Shown here piece after piece: positions 16,271-30,181 of a stretch of DNA of 64,000 nucleotides. Origin of the DNA: the human T2T-CHM13v2.0 reference genome, Homo sapiens; NCBI RefSeq assembly GCF_009914755.1, contig NC_060925.1; one strand, written 5' to 3'. The position numbers and the translations under genes were made by a program. The first letter of the stretch is position 1; each line of letters starts with the position of its first letter. Below the pieces are notes generated by a model. That model did no database searches and was not told where the DNA came from. It saw only the letters and a program-made list of their open reading frames with translations.

Positions 16271-19200
16271 ACAATTAAGTTTCGACCATCTGTGTACCTG
16301 TATTATTTTTTACACCTGTTCCTACTATTGCACAAAATGAGTCCTGTCCTGAGGTCAGCTTCTCTGAGACATTGTGAGGTCAAGAAGATGAGTTATGAGG
16401 CAAATCTGAAATAAGGAAATAAGGCATCCCTTCCAGGAACACAGATCCAACTAAAATGCAGGATTATCAGCATCCAGAAGGAAGATAAATGACACTGTGC
16501 CCTGAAAAACAGACAAAGGGGAGACCATTCAAACATGCCTTCTCATTTGATTGCAAACCAATCTTTTTCAGTATGAGTCATCTACATTTTACTCAGAAAT
16601 CCAGAATGCCAGGACCCTTGTCCTCTCTGTTGAATGCCTTTGGAGTATAATTTGTCACTCTGGGAAATGCCATCAGTTCTTCAGGGATCAGAGGATCTTT
16701 GAACCTAATACTGTTGTGTCGGGTTAATTGTGATTTCAGTGGCCTTTAAGTGCTATTGTATCTGCTTAGAGGCCAGTCTTCCTGGGCCAGCGGTGAAAGT
16801 TTAAATATACACCAGCATGCTTAGAGCAGTCAGGGGAGTTGGCACCAAATCTGAAAGTTGAATTCATTATTCCAGTCACACTGTTATTTCTTTGTGTAAC
16901 ATAGATATTTTCTTTGCTCTCTAATCTTCTGTGATGAAAAAGACCTATAATCTCTCCAGGGTTTTCGCCTTTGTTGTGGTCTCACATATGTCATTCAGGA
17001 AATCTGACCCCGTGTGTTAGGTGTTCTCTCATGGTGCACTGAATGAGCTAAACAACGCAGAACGAGTCAGACAGGAGGTTGGATAGCTCCAAATGCAATG
17101 CAAACCAGAGAAGGGGAGAGAATTGTATTTGATTAATCAGATCACTGTGAACTTTGGCTAAAAGAAACTCCAGAACATGCTGACATATCACCAGGAACAG
17201 AGGAGAAAATGCAACATGAGAATGAAAACAGAGGATACTGTTTAAAGGGAGATATTTCTGCAATTTGGGAAACTCAAATTATTTCTTTTTTGGAGGCATA
17301 TTGGAAAAAATCCTACACGCATCATGGGAAGCTATCATTCAGATTTGGCTACAGATTGATTTTCTCACTGATTTCTTAAGCAAACTATTGACAATGTTCC
17401 TGTTGAATGCTTACATGTTGATTGTTAAGTCATTTGTATTTATATAGAAAATTATATTTACTCTGCAATAGTAAGTGGCATGCCATCAGAAAGAAAAATA
17501 AAAGGACAAAGAGTTAAGTAATAATTATGTAGCAGCAAGAACACAGGGAAGATAATGAAAATGAACTAAGTCCCTAGGTGTGGGATATGAATAGCGTACC
17601 AGCTTTTCAGGATGTTGCACATTAGTTCCTCAACAACATTCGTGGATATGGTAGGTGTTGGTGATGCTATGAACATCAAATTTTATCTGACAGTTCAGGA
17701 ATGAAGCTGGGAGATGGTGTTATATTTAAAAACACTGAATAATGAGAAATTTTAAATAAAATGTTTAGGGAAAATACTATGCTTTGCAAAATTATATGAT
17801 TTTTAGGAAAAATGCATTGAGTACATTTACACATTAAAATTTCCTTACCTTTTCAAAAATTATAGGAGTAGCTTGTGAATTGAGTGGAGTTTTTCTGTAA
17901 GAATAAATTATCTGTTTCCTCAGGTCAGGCTACCATCTGTGAATGATATTTATTTTTGTCTACTTGAAATTTAAATATGACTATTTTAAAAAAGCTTTTC
18001 CCTGTTGGATTCTTACTAAAAGAAATAGAAGATAATGAGCAGTTATGACAAATTGTAAAGATTTTCTAACTACTCCTAGATATATATTTTTGTGTGGCTA
18101 ATGAATAGTTGATGAGTATGTCTTTTATCCTCTTTTTAGAGCTATCAGAGAGATTTAAAATAGTTCATATTGCTTAAAATATTTCTGGTGTCCATGAACT
18201 GTGTCTCCATTTTGAAGATTAACACAGCAAAAACATGGAATTATGGGTGGTGGAATGCAAAGGGTATCACAAACTAGAACCAAGCAATAATTTGTGTAGT
18301 TTTTAAACTGATTTACCCTTTTGTAATATTATAGTACCAGGTTTACATGTATAACAAAGCAGAGGAGTATGGCCATACATTTTAAATAGGAGCATTGCTT
18401 GTTTGGAGATTAAACTTTGAACTGCTCTGAATGTCAAGGCTTTTTGGAGAGCAGAAATCGTGGCTGGCATAATTTTTGTGTGCAGTGCCTACCTGGCATG
18501 ATACTTTCGGGTGGTGTTGATGAGTAAATCAGAAAAGCAAAGCACTCTTAATTAAGAGTTAGAGTTACTTACTCTTAATTTTGAACATAATTAATTCTCA
18601 TAAATCAGTCCACAATTTTGCCTGCTCACATTTTTTTTTCTAGGATTGGTAGAAAATATCAGAGACATTCAAGGAAAAGGAATTTAGAATTTTTACTATT
18701 CCCATAAAAAGTGGAATTCAAAAGAGGATTTTGAGTAATTGGGTCGAAAATGAAATCTTTTCTTCCCATTTTAATAACTTAAGTTGAAGGCAGTCATGTA
18801 CTTTATGGGATGGAATATTAGTCTTCTGTAACAAAATATAAAAGGAAGCATTTCCTTGAAACTAGAAAACATGGGGTTAGACAGTTAAGAAGGTTCTTGT
18901 TGGCTTTCAGACTTTTGATATATAACTAATGTCATTGTAATTTTCTTTAAAAAGAATATATTAAAAAGGGAAAAATTATTTAAATTTATCTGATCACAAA
19001 ACTCTTTTTGGAGGTGAAGTGCCTATTAATATCTCAGTGGACCTCTGGAACAGCCTGGGTGGTGTGATGTTGCTTCAGTGAAACAAACACTGCCTAGAGA
19101 ACCAGATCAATACTGTTGAAAATTACAGCTTGTTTACCAGCTATATAACCTCAAGCAGGCCTGAGCTTTAATTTTCTTGTGTGTAAATGAGTTTATAATG

Positions 19201-19410
19201 CTTCCCTTGAAATATTGTGAAGATTGTGATGTAATATGAAGCACCCAGCATAGTTACTGGCACATATGAAGCACTCAATAAAAACTAAACTTGTATTGAG
19301 AATGAAATATAAAAAAAATTGATATGTGACTCATTGTGGTGTTTAAATGAGATGTAAAAGTACTTAGCGCAGGACCTTGTCCAAAGAATTAACTCAGCAA
19401 ATTCTAGCTT

Positions 19411-20186
19411 TCTTTTTAAAAAATTTCAACTTCTGTTTAAGATTCAGGGAGTATATGTGCAGGTTTGTTACACTCGTATATTGTGTGATGCTGAGGTTTG
19501 GAGTACGATTGATCCCATCATGCAGGTAATGAGTATAGTACCTAATGGGTTGTTTTCCAGCTCTACCCTTATCCCCTGCTTTTGGAGTCTACGGTGTTTA
19601 TTATTCCTGTCTTTGTGTCCATGTGTATGCAATGTTTAGCTCCCACTTATAAGTGAGAACATGAGGTATTTGCTTTTCTGTTCCTGCATTAATTCACTTA
19701 GGATGATGGCCTCCAGCTGCATCCATATTGCCGCAAAGGACATGACTTCATTTTTTCTTATGGCTGCATAGTATTCCGTGGTGTATATGTACCACATTTT
19801 CTTTATCCAATTCACTGTGAATGGGCACCTATGGTGATTCTATGTCTTTGCTATTGTGAATAGTGCTGTGATGAACATATGAATGGATGTGTCTTTTTGG
19901 TAGAACAATTTATTTTCCTTTGGGTATATGCCCAGTAATGGGATTGCTGGATTGAATGATAGTTTTGTTTTAAGATCTTTGAGAAATTTCCAAACTGCTT
20001 TCCACAGTGGCTGACCTAATTTACATTCTTACCAACAATATATAAGTGTTCCCTTTTCTCTGCAGCCTCATCAGAAGTATTGTTTTTTGATGTGTTGATG
20101 ATAGTAATTCTGACTATTGTAAGATGGTAGCTCATCATAGTTTTTGTTTGCATTTTTCTGATGATTAGTGATGTTGAGAAATTTTT
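19411..20186 (-). mobile_element. L1PB/late L1PA 3' end, 5'-truncated
   Basis: gtatatgtgcaggtttgttac...gatgctgaggtttgg; ctcccacttataagtgagaacatg; long degenerate TSD. Confidence 0.88.
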
Positions 20187-20359
20187 AAAAGAATTAATTT
20201 AGTAAATATCAGCTTCTTTCCTTTTTTCATCTCCTCATCTTCACATTATGTATTATGTATAAGTTGGCAAGCTCTTTTTTTGGAAATCCAGATCCTTTCA
20301 GTTATAATATGATGTTTAAAGGAACTTTTAAAAATTACACTTATCCATTGAAATGGTTG

Positions 20360-20830
20360 ATTCACTCATCTTTTTGGTATGTACTTAGTACTTTCTATGT
20401 ACCAGGTACTGTGCTGGCTTCTGGAATCTGAAGTTGTATAATTATCAGATAGAGTGAACCCCCAAATAAATGAATGATTATAAATCAGCATGTTAAAACA
20501 ATTATTGGTGTGTATACAGTCTTCTTTGGGCACATGGATACACCTGTATCAGATTGGGGGTAAAGGAGGTGACCCATAATCAGAATTTTGATGGATAAGT
20601 AGGCCATAAGTAAACGAAAATCAGAAGGAAGACTTTCCAGGCATAATATAGCATAGCATGACTCATCCTGGAGAATAACTATTGATGTTCTAAGACACGA
20701 GAAGGAAAATGATTGCTTGTGACAACGCTGAAAAGGCAATAGGGCTGGATAAGCCCTCAAGAGAACTTCAACTTTCTCCTGAAAGCTGTGAGGGACCATA
20801 AAGATATTAAAGCAGAGACGGGCATAAGCC
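20360..20830 (-). mobile_element. L2 fragment
   Basis: ttcactcat...tactttctatgtaccaggtactgtgct L2 tail motif; degraded. Confidence 0.55.
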
Positions 20831-21244
20831 AAAATATGGGGCCAACCTGGAGTCAGAAACTGGTCAGGGTGTTTCCCATAGAAGCTAAGGGTGCTTCCAT
20901 TGAAATCGAATTGTATTCTATTTTAAGAGGAAAAAACTCAAGCAAGTGCTGCTAAACCCGCAAGAGTCTATTTGAATTTACCTATAGTCTTTGAGGTGGC
21001 CCAATGGCTTGGACTACTCTTATATGGCAATTTGCAGTGATCAAAATGGAACATCACAATTAAACTGTTGAATTGTTAAGTGGTAAAATGTTTTCAAGAT
21101 TCAACAGCTGAAGGCTTGGAAGCCTGCCTAGAGTATCCTTATAAGCCCTCTACCTGATTAAGATTTATCTGTTTTTATGTAACTCACTAAGAGTTAAGAA
21201 TAACTTTTTATTTTCTCCAGTTGAGCTAATTTGACTTACTTGGG

Positions 21245-21552
21245 TTTTTTTGTTTGTTGGTTTGTTTTTTGATGCAGAGTCTTGCTGTGTCACCCAGGCT
21301 GGACTACAGTGGTTTGATCACTGCTCACTGCAACCTCCACCTCTTGGGCTCAAAGCAATCCTCCCACCTCAGCCTCCTGAGTAGCAGGAGCCACGGGCTT
21401 GTGTCACCACACCTGGCTAATTTTCATATTTTTGGTAGAGATGGGTTTTTGCTGTGTTACTCAGGCTGGTCTCAAACTCCTGGGCTCAAGCAGTCTGCCT
21501 GCCTTGGCCTCCCAAAGTGCTGAGATTACAGGTGTCAGCCACTGCACCCAAC
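21245..21552 (-). mobile_element. AluJ (Jb-like)
   Basis: ctcttgggctcaagcaatcctcccacctcagcc; decayed tail. Confidence 0.92.
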
Positions 21553-21902
21553 TTTACTTTTTTAAGTTACTTTACCTACAAATTTTTTCCTGCTGAACTA
21601 CAGCTAATGGTGAATTCAGGTGAGAAAATAAAATGGAACTCTACATTTTCAATTACACCACGTCAATTAATTATAGGTTAACGATCACTTAAATGCAGTA
21701 GGGGAGCTAAATTTTATGAACTCTAGGGGAAATCCTTGAGCAAAGAGAAGAATTATGTTTATAGTAAAACTACTTCTTAATTTATTTGTGTTATATGTAT
21801 TCATTTTGTACTACATGATTCTCTAAAGCAAGGCACACTTACATTTAGTAAATTTAGTAGGTGGAATTATGTATGGGCTTAACCTAAAACAGTGTTGCCT
21901 AC

Positions 21903-22223
21903 TATATTCATCCATTCTCACACTGCTATAAAGAACTACCTTGGCCAGGTGTGGTGGCTCATACCTGTAATCCCAGCACTTTAGGAGGCCGAGGCGGGCG
22001 GATCACAAGGTCAGGAGTTCGAGACCAGCCTGACCAACATGGTGAAACCCCATCTCTACTAGAAATACAAAAATTAGCCAGGCGTGGTGGCACATGCCTG
22101 TAATCCCAGCTACTCAGGAGGCTGAGGCAGGAGAATGACTTGAACCTGGGAGGTGGAGGTTGCAGTGAGCCGAGATTGCACTCCAGCCTGTGTGACAGAG
22201 CCAGACTCCATCTCAAAAAAAGC

Positions 22224-22261
<38 letters not shown>

Positions 22262-22614
22262 ACTACCTGAGACTGGGTAATTTATAAAGAAAAGAGATTT
22301 GATTTACTCGCAGTTCCACAGGCTAAACAGGAAGCAAGGCTAGGAGGCCTCAGGAAACTTACAATCATGGCAGAAGATGAAGGGGAAGCAAGGCGCGTCT
22401 TACATGATGGCAGGAGAGAGAGAGGGAGGAGGTGTCACGCTTAAACCATCAAATCTCATGAGCTGTCCCTCACTATCACCAGAACAGCATGGAGGAACCT
22501 GCCCCTATGATCCAATCACCTCCCACCTGGTCCCTCCCTCAACACATAAGAATTACAATTTGGATTACAATTCTAGATGAGATTTGTGTGGGGGCACAGA
22601 GCCAAACCATATCA
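21903..22614 (-). mobile_element. MST (MSTA-like) MaLR solo LTR, split by an Alu
   Basis: tccattctcacactgctataaagaactacc...gagactgggtaatttataaagaaaagag...gccaaaccatatca; perfect 5-bp TSD cctac (21898-21902, 22615-22619). Confidence 0.92.
21943..22259 (+). mobile_element. AluS with (CAA)n-converted tail
   Basis: Full dimer; TSD core aactacct. Confidence 0.95.
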
Positions 22615-24319
22615 CCTACCAAGGCAATTATATTAGAAGCTAAATTATAGATGTGTAAACATTTCCAGAAACCAGTAAATACTTCTTTATTGAACTAGTT
22701 GAAAATCCATGGAGCCCAACAGAGTGTATTTGTCACTGCCAAACACTGAGAAGAAGCCAAGTTTCAGACTCTGCAAGAGCTCATTTTGACAACCATTAGG
22801 TTACAGTCCTATGTGTAGTTCTGTTGTGAAGAATATTTTGTTAGCTAAAAGAAGACTCATTGCTTTAATTATCTAAGCCAGTATGAGAAAAATTGTGCCT
22901 GAGACCAGGTCCCTGTGATGAAAATAAAACCGGTAAAATAGTAACACTTGGACAAATCCAAATATATTATCTCTGACTGTTAGTCCCTGATAGATACAGA
23001 CAGCGGAAAACTTCATTCCAATCAACAACTTTTTTATTTATAAACATTTAAGACTTTAAAAAAAGTATTCTTTTTTGGGCACCGTGGACATTTTTCTTCT
23101 CTTGAGATGTGAGCCTTAGCACGTGCAGTGTGAGTGAAATGCCTGTACTGTCTACTTTGGTGAGGACAATGTATGTAACATTTGAAGAATGACATTACTT
23201 CTTCCTCTCTATGCTATATAATAGAACTGCATACATCCTGCTCCAGCAGAACACACACTTAAAAGTCAGTCTTGTATGAATCATCACATATTTGCTCTCT
23301 TTAGCATGGAACTATGTATTAGGAGGGTACAAAATAAGTGTGGTGCACTTGCCTCAAATTTGGGACAGAAAAACAAACTCTTTCTGTTAATGAGATTATT
23401 TCCATGAAATGTCATGCAAAAGATTTTTTAGGAGAAAAAAAGATTGATAAAGGACACATTCTTATTCAGTTTAAAAGCTATTTAGTACTTAGAAGCTGGT
23501 TAAAGGCAGATGGCTCAGGCTATCAGTTCAGTAGACCTAAAATTGACCTGAGAGCTGATTTCAGGAAGGGATGTTAGCTTGCTCCTAAGACCTTCCTCCC
23601 TGTCAGAAATGCAGCTTCCTCTTTGATTGCATAGTTGACTCAACAAAGGCAAGATTTCCCACGCTGAAGACAGATGGGAAAATTCCAAGGTTGGAGGTCG
23701 ACTGGCAAGAAGCAGGCAGCTAATCTAACGGATAGTGTCTTGAGAGAACCCCGCCTACAAAACCACAGATCTAACACAGCATGGGGGCTAGGCATCGCCT
23801 AAAATCTGCAGGTCCATCCACTCTTGGAACATTCCCTGCCTGAGATCACAGCTACCCAAAGCAAGCTCTGTTGTGCCAATCACAGTGAATTAGTCAGATA
23901 GCTAAGACTTCCCTCTTAAATAATGCAGTAATTTAATTTTCTTGTGATAATTAGAAGGTTGAAGGAAATAAATCTCTTAACTATAGCCCTCAATTTATTC
24001 AAATATAAGTGCAGATTATAGCACAGATGAAGCTATCATATTAAAAGATAATCAAGTTATAAAACTGGTATTTCTATCAAGGCTATTTGTATCAACTAAT
24101 TAAAAGTTATCTTTTGAATTACCATGCCTGCTGAATCAGCTTTCAGTAAATAATGCTAATGTACTTCACATAAAATAGTTCTATTTAAAGTAAACTATTT
24201 CTTAAATATATGAATTATTCAGACTTTGTTGTGGATGGTATGCAAAGAAACATCCTAATCACAACTAATCTCACAATTAATCTTTATTTTCCTTATGTAG
24301 CATAAAACTGCATTCACTT

Positions 24320-24860
24320 CTTAAATGAACACTTATTGAGAGTGCTACTCTCTTTTGCTCTCTGGTCAGTGGCCCTGGCAATACAGTACTTACTAAGAAT
24401 TAGTCCTTGCCAGGTTCCTGTCTAGGTTCCTCCTCTAATGGGAGGGACAGATATCTGCCAATAAGAAGACAATCTGAGAAATGGCATAAAAGGGCTATGC
24501 ATAAAGCTGCATGAGGTCCCGAGGAGAGCTAGCACCTGCTTCACAGAGGAGGTGACATTTGACTTCAGTCTAACAGTGTGACAAGGGAGGCAGTCCAGAC
24601 AGAGAGAAAAACAAATGCAAATGAATGGAGACAGAAATGGGCAGGACTGGCTCAGAGAAAGATAAAACCTACAGTATGGTTATGTGTATTGTTTATTTCC
24701 GTCTCCCTCTTGTCCCATGTTACCCCTACCACAAACTGGGATGTGAACACCATGAAGGCAAGAAATGTTGTCTGTTTTGTTAATTAATATATGCCAAATG
24801 GTTAGAATGGTGTTTAGCACATGGTAAGGGCTCAATGAATACTTGTGAAATGAGTGAATG
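24320..24860. mobile_element. L2 fragments in both orientations
   Basis: cacttattgag...; gaggtgacatttga; tagcacatggtaagggctcaatgaatacttgtgaaatgagtgaatg. Confidence 0.6.
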
Positions 24861-26321
24861 CATATGTGTGTGTTAGAGAGAGTTGTAACTGTGTGACTTG
24901 GGACTTAGGCATATCCAGGAATTCAGGTGACTTTGTAGAAATAACATCTGACAAGCGTTGGTCTTTGACCCTCTTACCTCCTTGAGAATACTTGTCCTGA
25001 AGGAAGATTTTATTTGAAAACTAATAATCACTCTGTAAACTTTATTCTGACAGCAGCAAAGTTTCAAAGCCTAAAAGATCTCATTGTCCTTGAGCAGTGT
25101 CATAAGCTGCAGGCAGGAAAAGTCAAGTTTAGGTTGTGTCCACAGCGCATTGAAGCCAGATAATAAATAATGCAGACTCTGTGACATTTTAGGAACCTTA
25201 GTTCAAGGATATTTACTGTTAGGCCTCTGGTGTTTTATTGATTTCCAAGTAAGCCACAGGAATGCCCTGAAGCCTTTCCTAAAGGTGGGATCATCATGGT
25301 TCAGTAAATAGTCAAAGCTTTACAGGAGTCGATACAGGCTTTGGTGGGCATTGTTTTTTTTAGTAAAAATCTAGTGAAATTCCAGTCACATCATCAAAAA
25401 TCACTTTCTAAGATACAAAGGACCAAGTGTTAGAATTGGAATTATAATTCACATTTTAAGATACCATCAGGTAGCCTCACAATGCCTACTATTCCTTAAA
25501 AAAAAAAAAGAAAAGACAATGAAAGGAGAAAATTATGTATACATCTCTTATTCTAACTTAGTATTTAATAAAGCTCAGGATAGGTAACATATTTTGAAGT
25601 TACCAAGTAATGTTTTTTTCTCTTCTCCCCCCCAAAAAAAGAAGTCAAAATAAACAAAAATTTATTATATTGTTTTTAAAAACTACTTTAAATATCTACT
25701 CTATGCCAATTTAGGGTACCTTATACCCACTACTTTATTCTTCATAACAATCTATTAGATAGGAACTCTTATCCCTGTATTGCATATTAAAAACAGGCTG
25801 TGGCAGTGTTAACTTTTTCATTTTCATGAAAAAAATATTGAGCAGAAGCTGAATGAAAACTCGGTTCCGTGTTATTCTAAAACTCTTTCTACCATATGAT
25901 AAATAAATACAACTTTTATAATTACTGATTTCTTGATTGCTAATGGCAGTGATTTTAATTTTTAAGTTGTTATTTATAAAGTTTATAAATATTTAAATTT
26001 TAGTTAATGAATATGTTTAAATTTTCTTGTGGTCTTTAAAAACAGAAAAATGATATTTATTTCCCAATTTATCCAGAGCTATTTGGTGCTCTTAACTAAA
26101 AAGATTTTCATTGTTTACAAGTGCAAGTCAACAAATTTTTATGGCACTCATGGTATGGGCAAGGAGGACTATATAAGATATGCTGCGTGCTGAAAATGTT
26201 GTAAATAAGTGAAATATCTTCAAGGACCTTTTGATTACATTTGGATAATGAAATATACATGCTCAATATCTAGTCTATGAATGTCAATCAACTGTTCAGA
26301 AAAAGATCTATCTTAACTTTT

Positions 26322-26617
26322 TTTTTCTTTTTTTTGAGACGGAGTTTCAATCTTGCTGCGCAGGCTGGAGTGCAATGGCGCGATCTCGGCTCACTGCAAC
26401 CTCCACCTCCGGGTTCAAGCTATTCTCCTGCCTCAGCCTCCTGAGTAGCTGGGATTACAGGCACCTGCCAGGAAGGACTGGATAATTTTTTTATTTTTAG
26501 TAGAGACGAGGTTTCACCATGTTGGCCAGGCTGGTCTCAAACTCCTGACCTCAGGTGATCTGCCTACCTCGGCCTCCCAAAGTGCTGGATTACAGGCGTG
26601 AGCCACCATGCCCGGCC
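26322..26617 (-). mobile_element. AluSq/Sp-like
   Basis: ggagtttc...ggagtgcaatggcgcg; TSD cttaactttt at 26312-26321 and 26618-26627. Confidence 0.95.
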
Positions 26618-27499
26618 CTTAACTTTTCATGACTTTGATTGATTCAAAGTTACTGATTTTTTCAGTTTGTCAGCCTTACCATGGAAACTCACTCAGCATA
26701 TGAATTTGTAATCTCAAAGCACCATCATATAGTGAATGAGCAACACCAGGCTATATAAGTGTCTGTGCATATTTAGAAAGCAATGATAATTTTTTCCTTT
26801 ATTTGTCAATGGTCAGTGCAGGCTGCATATGAGATGGGTAGCAACACAGAAAATGATGGAGGGTAGGAAGTGAACACAGAAACAGAAGTTATGTGAAGAA
26901 GATCCAGGAGAGTGAGAACTACTCATTGCAAATATAGCCCTCTTTATGGGCTGCTCAAACATCAAAAATGTATTTGAAGGAAAAAAAAGTATATCATAAT
27001 AAATACTCAGTCAATATAAACTAACCTATTTGTTCCTTACTGAATTTGCAATGTGTAGGATGACACAGATGCCAATCAATAGTTGCTGAATGATGAATAG
27101 ACAAATGGTCCAGGACATTCAGGTCATTTGAACAATTGTAGTTGTCAATAAATGATTAATTAGCTTGCTGTATAGACTGCTGTAGGCTTCCACCTCTGGC
27201 TTCACTGCAATTTCTGGACTGACATGGTAGATTGTACACTTCTTAAAAACACAGGGAACCCTCAGAGGGTGGGAATTTTAAATAAGTCTAAGTGTGATTC
27301 TAGAAATTCTAGAATCCTTTCTTACGAGTTCGGAATCCAATGCTTGTTTCTTCAATGAAAACAAGGTCCAGGGAGGAAGGAAATGGGGCCTAATTGACCA
27401 AGAGTCCCCCTAAAGATCCATCCCTATTCTATAGAAAGGATTTTAAAACCTCATTGACAAGGTAGATTAACTGAAATAATAACTTCTAATGCTCATGGA

Positions 27500-28300
27500 T
27501 TCATTTAACATTTTTCAAACACAGCATGCCATTGTGTGCCTGTTTAGTGGAAACAGAAATGAGTAACATGTTAATACTTTTCAGGAATTCGCAGTCAGGT
27601 AGGGAGGAAGCCAACATGTGAACGAATACATGTATTGCAATCTGGTAAGTGTCTGTCATGATAAAGTATTTATTAAGAGGAATTAGGAGATACGTATGGA
27701 GGAAAGGGGCAGAAAATATGTGAACATGTGAAACAACACAGCAAGTTGAGGAAATGGAAAGATTATGACACAGGTGGATATTAAAAGTCACATCAGGAAA
27801 GTAAAGTTAGAATGTGAATCAAGCTACGTATCATATAGGGTTTGTTGTGACATGTTAAGGAACAGAGTTTTTTCATAAAGTCTTTGAGAAGTCCTGGAGG
27901 TTTGTAAGCAGGGAGTGGCATGGCACAATTTATAATTTAAAAAGATAATCATAGAAATAAAGCTCAGGGCAGGGAACTGTTCAGAAGGCTGTAGCAGTAA
28001 CTCAGGAAAGAAATGATAAAAAGACATGAATTAGGGCAGCCATTGCCAGAAAAAGAGAAAATTAATTCAAAAAGGCAAAAGAGGTGGAATACTCCAGGGT
28101 AGGTAACAACTTGGGCAGCTATTCACTTGTTTATGACACTGGCAAGATTTGGGCCGGCCACTGGCAGATAAAACAGATTGCCCACAGTTATGAAGGGGTC
28201 TTATTTGCTTTTATTGTTAGTGGTAGTGGTGATCAGATGTGGAAGGCAAGAATGATTCTCAAGTTGATAGCTTGATTTACTCTGTGGATTGAGAGAGAGA
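27500..28300 (-). mobile_element. L2 fragment
   Basis: Purine-rich L2-antisense motifs (ggaggtttgtaagcagggagtggcatg; tttaaaaagataat). Confidence 0.55.
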
Positions 28301-30173
28301 GAGAGAATGTGTGTATGTGTGTCCACTATCTAGCACTGTGCCTGGCACTGAAACACAATAATACATATTTTAAAATAAATATCTGAAACTAATAGCTGTC
28401 CCATTTAGAGTGTCTCTGAGGTGTTTTATTCATGTGTCATTTCATTATTACTGTGCATATGCAGAGTAATTCAAGGACATGTCTCTACTAAGAGATGAAG
28501 CTGGGTACAAATCTGCATGTAACAGGCCTCAATGCCCATATCAATACCATTGTGCTGAGTGAAAGGAATGATGAATCTAGTCATGGTAGAAAGTTTAGGG
28601 CTTGCTCAGTTAGGAAGTTCAGACTTGTAAATAATGTACAAGATATTTGGTAGCTTGAACTGTAATTTATTGTCTGTTTCACAGCTAAATGAATGGGAGA
28701 GGATGAAAACAAAACTTATTGTTTAAATCCAAGTACTAAAGAACACTTTAGATACCCACCCTTGGGTAAATATTACCCGATTGGCAAGAAGTTTGTTATT
28801 CTAGCTAACCTAAACTCTTAGTGCTGACATTTAAACACATGTTCTCTTGTTCGCTCCTCATTGAAAAAGCAAGTCTCCTGCACAATGGCCTTTCATATTT
28901 CTGGAACCTTTTTATTAATTTAGAGGAATACATATCATATATACTGTTAGCTAATGGGATAACATAATGAGCTGATGATACTGTTTCTTGGACAATAGAC
29001 AATTACTGAAGAATATTGTTTCTGTGTTTCTTACCCTTGGCCAGGTTGACTTTCTACATTGAATAGCTTTAGATTCTATTGAGTGTGGCTACATAATCTT
29101 GAGATTGACATTGGTGTTTTCACCCTTATTTTTACTCCCAATCTTCTCTCTACTCCACTTTGTAGTTATTTTACCACCAGCATTGTTTGCCAACAAATAC
29201 TCCAGAATGAAAGGGAAGATGAGATTGCAGTCAGTTCCCTACTTTTCACTCTGGTTAGAGTGTTCTATGCCTAGCTTTCCTAGGGAACTTTAAAAACGAA
29301 CAAAAATCTATCTTCAGTGCATTTATTAGTTTGATTTGCTATGATTGGCCTTGGATAGCCTTAGTAGTTTGAAGTTCCCTTCTTTTAAAAAAATAGAGGG
29401 AAAAAAAGATAGAGCAAAGACCTTTACTTTAAATAATTATATTAAATGCTATTTTTTTTGATTTCAATATATTATTATTTACTCAGGCAAGAAAGACCAT
29501 TCCTCAAAAAAGGGCTTAAAAAGTCAGTAAATAATATGTTATGCCTAGCAAGCAAAAAAGCAGTTGGCTCTGCTTCTTTCTTTTTGGTTTTATTTTGAAT
29601 GTTTTTGAAATAAATGTTAATTCGCAGAGCACTAGCTTCCTTCCTGTCAGTTGTCACAGGGTTTTTCGGTGTGGTTGTTGTTTGCTTCCTAAATGATGGT
29701 AAAGCTTCGTTATATCTGTACCTATTTTTTTCTGAACATTTGGACATTTCTTGGAAACACGTCAGAATTCATCATTTGGCTTTATTATTGTTTTGGGGAA
29801 ATATAATAATTTGTTTAGAATTTTTATACAAAACATATATAGAGAATGATCTTTAATAATTTTTTAAAGAGACATTAAAGAAAATTGCTCTCCTATTTAA
29901 GTTAAATGTTTTAGTAAGCATTCTCTTATTTAATTCAGTTTTAATTGCATTATTAATTATCATGAACAAAATATTGCTAGGGAAAAAGCTGAAGAGATAA
30001 TCTAATTGCAGCTTTTACTGCTTTGAATGATAAAGTACCTTTGATTTGGTGCTGAGCCAGGAGGGCTTGATTGATAATATCTGTCTCAGATGTCACCCTG
30101 GGAGAAAAGAATAAAACCTCAGTAGAGTTGGTGCATTGCAGCTGTCTCCGCTGCTCCAATTTTTCTGCCCCAT

Positions 30174-30181
30174 TGACGTCA
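30174..30181. promoter_or_regulatory. Full palindromic CRE (CREB/ATF) site TGACGTCA
   Basis: Exact consensus with intact CpG and near-palindromic flanks, in a repeat-poor stretch; function unproven. Confidence 0.4.

Noticed and set aside
17011-17067. Possible 57-nt exon (VFSHGALNELNNAERVRQE)
   Set aside because: Poor acceptor and donor; peptide not recognised
23676-23686. NF-kB-like site gggaaaattcc
   Set aside because: Isolated short motif expected by chance in 64 kb
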